From NCBI RefSeq assembly GCF_001194135.2, contig NC_068981.1, positions 36,967,989-37,017,094 on the forward strand: a stretch of DNA of 49,106 nt. The letters are read 5' to 3'. The notes beneath the pieces were generated by a model, which saw nothing but the letters and a program-made list of their open reading frames with translations, searched no databases and had not been told where the DNA came from. Shown here one piece after another: positions 25,330 through 35,895 of the stretch (position 1 is its first letter; the number at the start of each line of letters is the position of its first letter). Position numbers and translations under genes: made by a program. The DNA is from Octopus bimaculoides (Eukaryota).

Positions 25330-25740
25330 TTTGCGTATTGCAGACCACTTGTTTACAGAAGAAATGCTAATTATAGGGCGTATCTAGCGTAACTGGTAGC
25401 TTATCTACTTTCTGATGGGTTGATGATAAAGTGCATTGGTCCTGCTAGCATACAATAAACAGGATAATACTACTGCTCAGTACAATTAGCATTTTGTTAC
25501 CAGTTTTCTGCATCGTTGTCTCGACGGTCGATTACTGAACTCACTACGTAATCTTCGGAAACCTTCCTAAATTCGACGATCGTGACAAGTGACTCACTTT
25601 TCGATATCCTCTTCTTGAATTGAATGCAAGGTGAAAATCATGTTTTTTCTTCTAGACATAAAATCTACTCTGGCTTTCAAGAAGAATTTACTAGAGCACT
25701 TTTGTAGTTCATATTGTCTAAATCTACCTTTCCAGTTTTT
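25330..25740 (-). mobile_element. Decayed RTE-like RT fragment
   Basis: Minus frames IFTLHSIQEE and VTIVEFRKVSE resemble IFTLRQ.QEK and (Y/F)V.FVDFRKAFD. Confidence 0.4.
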
Positions 25741-28087
25741 AGCACTCCTTCTTTCAGTTTAATAACGTATATGTATGTATATACGTGCGAGTGTGTGTGA
25801 GTGTGTGTGTGTGTGAGTGTGTGTGCATACAAATACACACATACGAATATCTATTCAAGTTTTGGAAGTAAATCCTAGTACATGCAGCCTAGCTCAGAGC
25901 GCAAAAAAGCTTTTAAGTGATACTGGTTCAGATTAATAATACAGACTACTGCATTCTATTAAATACTCAAAGGACAGCAGGTGTTCCACAGACGCATCTG
26001 CAGGGAATTGTAGATTCGATTCTCACTAAATGGTTACTTTTAATTTCGTTTCCTACGTGTCTTTTGAACCTACATTCACATTTACTTTAAAATATAGAAC
26101 TAAATATGAATTAAAAGGACGCTAGCTAGTTACAGGATATATTTTCAGATTCCTTATTCTTTCCTTTTTCAGTTAGTAACGGTAAAGCATAATGAGTACT
26201 TGATACTTAAAACGTATTATTAGAATTTCATAGTTGAATAGTTAGCTGAATGAAATACGTCTATCTGAGAAAAGTGTTGCCTGAATTATAATTCCAAATA
26301 ATACATCCGATACAGATATGATAATGGAAAACTGGATATAATTAAACTCCTGTTTTTTATTCGTTTTCTGTTAACTTTCAAAACTGTTTTGTTTCAAAAA
26401 TGTGATAAGAAATTTGACTTTGTATTTGATTGGCAAGTAATTTAATATCAGATAGTGAGTTAAAACTGAAATAACTGCGTCGCGGCAGAGCCATGATATC
26501 CATTTAAATTATACATACAGTGTTACATTGAATTTCCTTTTCATTTGCAATGACACGTTATTCCAAAATGATATTAAATTGAGTATAATCGTAAATACTT
26601 ATTTGATAGTTATCTGACTCTATCACCGCATGAGTTTAAATCTTAACCCATCAGTAAAGAAAAAGGAAGAAATAACTTTGAAATTAAATTGTTTTTAATA
26701 CATTTTAAAACGTAAAATGTTTTAGTATCTGACTTATATCTTTGGATAAACCTGAGGTAAATCTTTTCTTATCATGGAGATGTTTTACATATATCTTTTC
26801 ATATCATGTTTAAAGTTTAGATGAATCGGGTGAATTCAATACTGATTTCCAGCATGCATACAAGTCCTCTAGTAAGAATTTTGATTGGATAGTGGGCAAT
26901 ACAGAGAAATAAGGTCAGCAGGTGACAACAACTGTAAAAAATGATTGAGATGAGTAGAAAAGACGGTGTTAGATCTCCACGGGGGATATGTTAACTATAT
27001 GAACTGTGTACACAAATTGGCATGGAAAAATTAACTAAAACAAAACAAAACAGAACAAACAAACATTAATAATGAGATAACGATAAAATAATAATGAATC
27101 AATTACTCGTACTTAAAATAATGACAGTTATGAAATAGAAATTATAATAAATAAGATTAAAAATAAGAGTAACAACAACAATGAAAAACATAAAAGGCAT
27201 TGGAGCGGCATTGCATACCCTACGCGGCAGATAAATTTTTTCACAAATTATAGTATGGTTTACAATGCGTGGCTTACCCATGTTTTCTAATTGAACTGAA
27301 TTATTATTTTTATTTTTAAGTATCACCATTATAGGTGTTTATACTCCGCTGAAATTAAGAAATCAACTCGTAAATAAACGAAACCCTCGAATCCATCAAT
27401 GTACACACACACACAGTCACATATGTATGTAAGTACACGTGTCTACGCGCATAGGTACACCATGGTCTATACATTTGCAAACGAGGGTCGATTCATATGA
27501 AAAAGAAGTGAACAAAATAATATGACCACTTGCTTATTAGTAAATTTGTAAGTTCAATTTTTATTTTATTTTTATTTTTTAAAAGATAATCAAACCAAAT
27601 GTTCATTATTTCGAGCCACTTACCCAATGAATATTTCTGCCAAATGTGGTGAAAATCTGTCGTTTTCCAGTAATTTTGCAAACACACAGACAAGCAGATA
27701 ATCGTACAAGGCACATGTATGAATGTATGTTTCGATGAATGTATGTAACTATGTAAGTGTGTATATACACATATATNNNNNNNNNNNNNNNNNNNNNNNN
27801 NNNNNNNNNNNNNNNNNNNNNNNNNNNNNNNNNNNNNNNNNNNNNNNNNNNNNNNNNNNNNNNNNNNNNNNNNNNNNNNNNNNNNNNNNNNNNNNNNNNN
27901 NNNNNNNNNNNNNNNNNNNNNNNNNNNNNNNNNNNNNNNNNNNNNNNNNNNNNNNNNNNNNNNNNNNNNNNNNNNNNNNNNNNNNNNNNNNNNNNNNNNN
28001 NNNNNNNNNNNNNNNNNNNNNNNNNNNNNNNNNNNNNNNNNNNNNNNNNNNNNNNNNNNNNNNNNNNNNNNNNNNNNNNNNNNNNNN

Positions 28088-28150
28088 TATATTGCCACTT
28101 AAGTGTGGCTGACCCCTAGGGGTGGTCAGCCACACTTAAGTGGCAATATA
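28088..28150. repeat. 63-bp palindrome (27-bp perfect arms, 9-nt spacer) next to a gap
   Basis: TATATTGCCACTTAAGTGTGGCTGACC-CCTAGGGGT-GGTCAGCCACACTTAAGTGGCAATATA. Confidence 0.9.
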
Positions 28151-28203
28151 CTACACTTTATCGTGCAGTTACTGTTAATACTTCATTTAGAGAATTAACA
28201 TTG

Positions 28204-28238
<35 letters not shown>

Positions 28239-28266
28239 TTTAATGAAAAGCTACGGAAATATCACC

Positions 28267-28312
28267 AAAAGTGTTACTCAAAGTTTCACGTTCCCGTTCG
28301 TCGGACAGTTTT
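28267..28312 (-). ncRNA. Minimal type I hammerhead ribozyme (CCGACGA core variant)
   Basis: RC: AAAACUGU-CCGACGA-ACG-GGAA-CGU-GAAA-CUUUGAG-U-A-ACACUUUU. Stem I has one mismatch; the cleavage triplet is GUA. Confidence 0.6.
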
Positions 28313-28395
28313 ATTAGAATGGAACAGAAATGACGTTATAATCAAACATAAAAATAGATTAAAGGATAAAAAAACAATTTCTGTTCCTTCCAAAC

Positions 28396-28441
28396 AAAAC
28401 TGTCTAACGAACTGGAACGTAAAACTCTGAGTAACAGTTTT
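28396..28441 (+). ncRNA. Inactivated hammerhead copy (core mutated)
   Basis: AAAACTGT-CTAACGA-ACTGGAACGT-AAAA-CTCTGAGT-A-ACAGTTTT. G5 and G12 are replaced by A; stem I is intact. Confidence 0.55.
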
Positions 28442-29929
28442 TGTGATATTTCTACTGCATTTCAATAAAGCATATTACACTACCTCTGGTATTTGAGTAC
28501 TCTTTTTTCCACCTTGTTTCGCATTTATGTGCTTACTTCGGTATATATATATATACATATATGTATATATGTCTTTATATGTTTGTACATATTTATGTAT
28601 ATATGTATATATATTTGTGTGTGTGTATATATATATATATATATACATACGTATATACATACGTACGTACGTACATACGTGTGTGTGGTGTGTGTATGTG
28701 TGTGTGCATGTATGTCGTTTTCCAGTAATTTTGCAAACACACAGACAAGCAGAAAAAGGCGAATGATTACAATAACCTGCGTTTGCTTACGTGCACAGGT
28801 ATTTAATACTAATCATAATAAAGTAATTTCTGTCTTAGTCACACGGGCTCAAAATATAGAATCCAATCCAATGAAGAATAACGACAATTGGTTTACAATA
28901 TGTATGATGGGTAGATTGGACAAAGTTATATAAAAATGTAGGGAGGAAGGCAAAAATTATATAATAGAGGGATTAAAAAGGTAATAATCTATTGAATAAA
29001 TATAAAAACAATCTAAAAAAATGAACAAATATATAAATAGTATAAAACCCAATAGTTGAAACAAGATATAATTAAAATTTGAAAATCATGTAAAACATTT
29101 ATGGTTAACCGCCCATTCTTCTGTAGGAGCCCTCTAACTGAGTTTGACCGGAACACTCCATAATCTGCCCATCACATTTGATGTACCCAAAGTATCTGCT
29201 AATATTAAGAATATCGTAACCATTTAGGGGTTTGCTTTTATTTATTCATAAATCCGTGGTGAGCAATTTACTAGCACTTTGTCATTTGCATGTCTAAAGG
29301 TGTCTTTTGAAATTATTTTTAATGTTTCTATATGCATGTCTACTGTGTGTTGGTTTTTCTGACACATTACCGTGGAAAAGGTGACTCGTTACACTTTTCA
29401 TCGCTTTTTCTTGAGGTTAATTTTTCTTATTTCCCTTCTTTTTACCACCAACATTTTTAATAATGCTTCCTCTTTATTCTCCTTCAGCTCATGACAAGTC
29501 AACGGTGTAGTATTGTTAGTTGCTGTTGTCATAAGACTGGGTGCTTGCCCAGTCGTTTCCTAAACCGAGTACGTCCTCCACAATTTTTAGAGTTGAGACT
29601 GATGGTACTTCAGAATCCAATGCTCGCTGGTTTGGTTACTTCAGCTGCTCTTGATATTTTCCCCTCGCCTCCTCATTGTAAACCGTTTTAGTTATGCATA
29701 GAAAAAGATACTCTAATGGATTTTATTATCACACGTATAACAACTATGTCTTTTGCTCTGTACCATCAGTCTCATGCCTTTTGCCTCGGTGTCCTGAACC
29801 AGTTACGACACTGGTATGACCTTTTTCTTAAGCTCATACTTTAACCCACCTCTTCAACTTGATCCATGTACCACCACTATTTATCTATGTATGTATCTCG
29901 ATTTCTCTCTCTCTCTCTCCTTCTCTCGC

Positions 29930-29960
<31 letters not shown>

Positions 29961-30063
29961 ACCGGAGTAAGCATATAAATGTGCAACAAGGTGGAAAAAA
30001 GAGTACTCAAATACTAGAGGTAGAGTAATATGCTTTATTTAAAAGCAGCAGAAATATAACAAA

Positions 30064-30107
30064 AAACTGTTACTCGGAGTTTCACGTTTCCGTTCATCGG
30101 ACAGTTT
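30064..30107 (-). ncRNA. Minimal type I hammerhead ribozyme, best-preserved copy
   Basis: RC: AAACUGU-CCGAUGA-ACG-GAAA-CGU-GAAA-CUCCGAG-U-A-ACAGUUU. It has a 7-bp stem I, a 3-bp stem II with GNRA loop and a near-palindromic stem III (ACUC-C-GAGU). The GUA cleavage site is between 30071 and 30070. Confidence 0.75.
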
Positions 30108-30125
30108 AGTTAGAAATTTCTAACT

Positions 30126-30169
30126 AAACTGTCCGATGAACGGGAACGTGAAACTCCGAGTAACATATT
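30126..30169 (+). ncRNA. Minimal type I hammerhead ribozyme, opposite-strand copy (stem I shortened to 3 contiguous bp)
   Basis: AAACTGT-CCGATGA-ACG-GGAA-CGT-GAAA-CTCCGAGT-A-ACATATT, with predicted cleavage after 30162. Confidence 0.65.
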
Positions 30170-30221
30170 TTTGTTACATTTCTGGTGCTTTTAAATAAAG
30201 TATATATANNNNNNNNNNNNN

Positions 30222-30258
<37 letters not shown>

Positions 30259-33200
30259 TACATGGGCAAATAAAAGGAAAACAGGAGAAAACAACAAACG
30301 TCAGTTAGTCGTAAACAGTGAATATATTAGATTGATGCTCAGTGAAAGTTTTAGATGGAAAAATAGGAGTGACGTTTCAATTTTGGAGGATTTCACTGAA
30401 CAATTATTGGAACTAATTTGCTTGAGACCAGTTCTTTTAGTATTTCTACTACTTTATCCAGGTTGCCAAGTGTCACTAGTAAGCGTTAAGTGTATAACGC
30501 TGGGTGTATTCCATTTCAGTTGAAACACAGTAGAAATAATATTTACGTTCTGAAAATAACTTTCTCTAAAATATTGGAAATTGTTGTTATAAGATTACCA
30601 CCTATCTATTTTGTTTTGTTGTTCAGGTGGTAGTTTTCGTTATAGTAATGTCTGCCAAAAATAATATTCAAATAAGAATGTGTCTCAGGTTAGTTTAGGA
30701 ATTCATTGATGCGAGATAGTACATTGTCACGGTTAAGGTTATTTGAATATGTTTTCAAACTAACATCCTCAACCCATGTAACATGACATGATTTATCCAT
30801 TGATACTTGTACTGTTTGTATATATGAGTTGGTTCCTACAACTCTCCATCACAACCCCAAACACAGTTTCATATATTAAACAGTTTCTCAGCTATTCATA
30901 CTTATTGACTTCAAAATTGCTTGCTTAACACTAATCATTTTAGTTGATTGCAGATGGCCATACCATAACAATTTTTTTCTATTTTTATGGTAATCAGTTT
31001 CACTTTATTGAAAAATCTGAAAAGTAGACCAGCATTATATTGATAAGCTGTTTTCAGATGAAGTTTTATTGAATGAGTAAGGAACTTAACACAATACAAT
31101 GCAGTCTCAATAAATCTGCACTGCAAATACCAAAGAATAAGGAAATAATGAGATAGAAAAGATTGAAAAAATAAATAAGAATTTATTAACCAATCACGTC
31201 ACAAACACAATAATGTTGAATTTCACTGGAAAGGTTGCCAACTTTATATTTGCCATTTTTAGCGTTTTTCTATTTTTCATTTTATTTACTTTTTGTTAGG
31301 GTGGGAATCTTAATACTTTTGCAGTATTTGGGAATTAAGAAAGAAAGAAAGAAAGAAAACAACAGAGAAAATTATTTGGTTGAAAATTTCATCAAATTTC
31401 ATTCCTGATCTCTGGAAGAATTATTAGACGTAGATAATAATAAAAAAAAAAAGAGGATGAAATACATTCACGACAAAATCTAATAACTTATCATTCTTTG
31501 TATATTTAAAAGAAATAACTTATTTAATTTTTATGCTATTTTGTCTTTCGTGTATTTAATTGTATTTCCCGCCTTGGCTGTAAGAAATTAGAGTATCCTC
31601 AGCCTTTTGACTTTTTTATGTTGAGAAAACATCTTGCATTGCATTTAAAGATTTTAGATAAAGCTAACTGAAAACAGAATAAGATGAAAATGTATTCCAC
31701 GTTATGACCAGTATGGTGAATATTTTGACAGTGTTATATTTATTGTAAATCGCTGAAAAATGGGAAGAATAATGTAATGAGTTATTGTAAGTGATATTAA
31801 GTAAAAACGAAATCCTTGTGAGGAAATTCTGTAAAATGTGTTCAAGAATTGTTTAGCACTTATTTTATATTTACGCTGGGACGAAAAATATCATTTGCAG
31901 TTCGTTTTCATAATAAAATTTCTTTTGTTTAGGTGCAAGACAACAGCGTTTGAACTCGGAAGCAAAGTAATAACACCAAAGCAGCAATACATTTAGTACA
32001 GTTCTTTAATTTCTCCAGCTGTGACCTTATATTATAATTAGAATCATAATTGTTATGACACAGAAATTATGATGTATGCATGAGTTTTCTTTAATCAGTA
32101 ACTTTTATTCAAGTTGTTACTTTTCCAAGAGTGCCTACTTAGACTAGAATTATTGGATATCACTTAGTGTGTCTGGGTAAGATTTCAAAATTACGAACAC
32201 CAAGTAATCTTGCATGGAATGTTTGTTCTTCATCCCTCCCAACCCTGTCTTCGGGAGATTAAATAAAATGTATTGGAAATCAAACTCGGTAAGTTTAGGG
32301 TAAGATCAAGGAACGTTTTGGTAAATGAAGCCTAATTAGCATAACAAACCAATTATAACATTCTCTAAGATTAAGCAATGCTTGAAAAGGAGTCTAAATC
32401 CATAGCTTGTGGGAAAAGCATGGAAATCACAATTATATATGTAAAAGAAATCAATAGAAGAAAAGTCGAGATATCCAATGAAAAATGTACCAATTCCTCC
32501 AGGATGAGTTTATTTCAAATATCCCATGCAAATACTTCACTTGCATTCTGATGACTTGGATATTCAAAAGAAACACTAAATTGTTTTCAAAATGCTATAC
32601 TCCTTCTTCTATACTCAAAAACTTACCTTAAGTTGCTGCTCTCCTAGTTTTGTTTTAATGTGTATCTAATGAAATAACAATGCTCCTATTTGTTGATCCT
32701 CTTAACTATCACAGAAAGATGTTGACTAAAGAAAGCATCGATATAATTAAGAAAAATAAACCAATCACTCCAAAGAAGCTCTACAATGAATGCCTGTTGG
32801 AATGATTTCATTTGCATTCTGATGGCTTTTGATACTCGGAAGAAACAGGACAAGTCTTACATATGTTTTCATCTGAAGGAACACACATAAATATATATTC
32901 ATAAATACATAGGTGCACACACATATATATATCTGCAAACATATTCAATGCTTGTTTTTATGTAAAGTCATATATAAAAATAGTTGAACATTAATTGGAG
33001 GACCACTCAATATTCTTTAGTAGAGTAACATATTCATTAGTTTTTACAAGATAAAAATTGGCAATGACTTCAAAGTTTTAGCTTATTAGCCGTCATCTGA
33101 TTGTCTGATGACGGTTTATCCATCCATTCATCCATCCATCCATACATACATATGCGCACACACACACACACGCACACACATACACATTCGGGTATGTTCA

Positions 33201-33879
33201 TTATTCAATATTCAAATTCTGAATTTTAGCTTCCTAAGTCAACATCATCATCATCATAAGCAAAATCGTCATCACCGTCGTTAACATAAATATCTGAATG
33301 GTTTGTATTTAAGCAAATTAAAAGACGTTTATGCATTATGTAATATACTGGATATAATTGAAATCGATAGAAATCAGTAGCATGTAGAACAAAGGAAAAT
33401 TATGAGAAATATTTGTTCCAATACCGCAACTGGATGCATGGCAGTTCAAAGATGTCAGAAATTCTTGGCATTGATATCATGAAAGAGAGACTCAATCAAA
33501 AATATAACAATGGTTTGAATCAAATGAATAGCTTCTCCATTGAACCATCCAACCAAAGATCAGTCTCATAACTGAGAAGGAGGCGAAAAATAGTTCTAAT
33601 ACTTATAGATACGAAATAGCTAATCGAGAAATAATTTAAAGTACCGGCTCATAGGTTTTGATTTCAAATCATCTGTAGATATTTCATTGGGTGTTTAAGT
33701 TACGTATACAAGTAAGTTTATGCATAGCAATTCAATTAACTGATTATAATTACTAGATCATCTGTCGTATCTTAGCCAAATATATATTTACCTCCCACTT
33801 GCTTAAAGCTATAAAACCAGAACATCAAACCATATATTTATTTGCCAAGACCTTAAGGACAAAAGACAAGTAATAATTA

Positions 33880-34314
33880 AAGGCAGAAGAAAAACGAGCA
33901 GTGGTATTAGATGCCCTCTGATGTTAAATAATTCCTTCGTATGCTGAGTTCAAACCCAGTCAAGGTTAATTGTTGCCTTTTATCATTCGGAGTCAATGAA
34001 ATAAATACCAAACAAATAACTTGATTAGATTGAATCGATTACACCCACTAGTCGCATGTCTACACTTAAATCCATGTCCTTATGTCGTTAAGAATAAAAT
34101 CCCACATTTTCCTGGAATAGGGGTAGAAACCAATTGAATCACTCTCATTATTGTAACTACTTTATTCGCCTTCCTCACCCTTAGTGATAAAAGTTAAAAT
34201 TAACCTTTGGCGAGATTTGAACACACAAATTAGAGGCAGGAAGTTAAATACTGCTGGGCATTTAGTCTGATGTTGGAATGTCTGTTAAATTTCTGCACTA
34301 GATAAGATAACAAT

Positions 34315-34380
<66 letters not shown>

Positions 34381-34560
34381 TTTCTAATTTTCTGCAAGAA
34401 AAATATCTGTGACAAAACAATACCCAAAATAGAGATTCAATTAGAAATTGTCTTGTGTTATTCATATTTGCTCGTTTACATTCTGAAATTTAATCCTGAG
34501 GCCGACTTATATTTTCTTCTCTTCAGGATAGACAAAATAAGAACTACTCAATTAGTGTTC
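33880..34560. mobile_element. Cluster of three old, diverged SINE family A fragments (33880-34050 +, 34150-34280 -, 34475-34560 +)
   Basis: Recognisable B-box and body remnants, e.g. GCTGAGTTCAAACCC..TTGCCTTTTATCATTCGGAGTCAATGAAATAAATACC. Confidence 0.55.
34315..34380. repeat. Compound (CAG)n(TAG)n microsatellite
   Basis: Directly visible; it is the source of the poly-Leu ORF 34230-34427. Confidence 0.95.
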
Positions 34561-34765
34561 AAGTGAAATTACGCAACCCATCGCAGACCAGATCTAAATA
34601 AATCAAATATTTTTAAAGTTGCTCTAAGTGTAATGTTTCATGATGTGTTATGTAGCTTTCATTTAACAGTAAATACTAAGTTTGTACCTCAACGTCATGA
34701 ATCTTATGCTGGATACTGAATTATATATAGATATTTTAACGAAGAGAAGTTACAAGGTTCCCACT

Positions 34766-34816
34766 ACAACAAAACTGATGAGACCTTGCAATATCGAAAT
34801 TACGATCTTCTATTGT
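34766..34816 (+). ncRNA. Solitary decayed type I hammerhead-like motif (canonical core)
   Basis: ACAACAAAA-CTGATGA-GACCTTGCAATATC-GAAA-TTACGA-T-C-TTCTATTGT. All core nucleotides are canonical; stem I pairs at 7/9 positions; stem II is imperfect. Confidence 0.4.
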
Positions 34817-35721
34817 TTGACTCATATATCCAATTTACGGTTTAAACCGAACATTACCTTAGATTAACACTTCTTAAGTGCGTGTATGTATGTATGTATG
34901 TATGTATGTGAGTTTATGTGTGTATGTGTGTGCGTTTGTATGTGTGCTTTTGTGTGTGTGTGTATATGTTGATTGTGTCGAAAATGGTGAATAAAGGAAT
35001 GCTGAGAAATGAGTATATTAGACACATTATTGAAAATACTGTGGCTTTAAACTTGAAGCGTTAATGCCGTCTTACAGTTTTTTTTCTGGCCATACAGTCT
35101 TATGCTCATTTCCTTATCTCATCCGGTAATATATTTCCGGACTCCCAAAAGAGCCTCTTTATGATTGCTTGGCATGCTTGAAAAAACAGCCAAATCTCCT
35201 TGAAATCACGCCCTATCCTCTCAAAAAAAAAGAAGGTAACACTGAATAGAGTAGTCATAAACAGCCTTAAAAATCACTAGATAGAAAGCCTTTGACTATA
35301 GATTTTGAACGATCTGGATAGACCTGGGGCTTTTGTCAACGAATCCTACAAATTTAATGACAGCTATATGTTTAGCTTTTAGTAAGGGAACTGTAGTATA
35401 TGCTCCTGTTATATTTAGAAGTGATGTTAGAAAATAGTGGGCTAATTAGTTGCTTGTAAAATAATTATGCTGAAACAGGAAATTACAAGTTATATTTTCT
35501 AACTCTTAATGTATCATTTCTCACAAGCTCATTTATTGAACTCGGTTTCGAACAAGTTTCTTCGCAGTATATCGAGCACTAGCTGTACACTCCACATTCT
35601 GCACAAGCTTCTATTAATATTACATGTAACTCTGTCTCTACACATAATGTCAAGATCTCTAAGTAATCCGTGAATCTATTAACATCGCCATTAAAATAAG
35701 ATTCCTTTCGTAAGGACAAGA

Positions 35722-35895
35722 CCAGAAACTTTGACGAAAAGGAACAATCGATTATATCGAAACCAGCACCTAACTATTATTTATTTTGATGATCTAGTAC
35801 CTAACTAGTACATCAACCATGACAGATAATGTCGACCTCGATGAGATTTGAACGTAGCCATAACTGAATATTGCAAGTTATTTGGTTCGATGCTA
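35722..35895 (-). mobile_element. Old SINE family A copy
   Basis: AATCGATTATATCGAAACCAGCAC...GTCGACCTCGATGAGATTTGAAC is homologous to the minus-strand family body. Confidence 0.55.

Larger units (their letters stand above)
28238..28541. mobile_element. Head-to-head fold-back Penelope-like (pLTR-derived) element, copy 1, between (TA)n tracts
   Basis: Inverted arms 28238-28331 and 28377-28470. The long arm continues to 28541 and is homologous to the RC of 29962-30107. Confidence 0.75.
27658..28753. repeat. Perfect 41-bp direct repeats (27658-27698 and 28713-28753) flanking a ~1.0 kb insertion
   Basis: Both copies read TGTCGTTTTCCAGTAATTTTGCAAACACACAGACAAGCAGA. Confidence 0.95.
29962..30200. 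mobile_element. Head-to-head fold-back Penelope-like element, copy 2; 84-bp arms with no spacer (30033-30116 and 30117-30200)
   Basis: The arms differ at 5 of 84 positions. The element is flanked by (TA)n on both sides and has the same sequence and short-arm end point as 28238-28541. Confidence 0.8.

Noticed and set aside
31921-32000. Strong acceptor TTTCTTTTGTTTAG|G
   Set aside because: All frames stop within 22 codons and no partner exon was identified.
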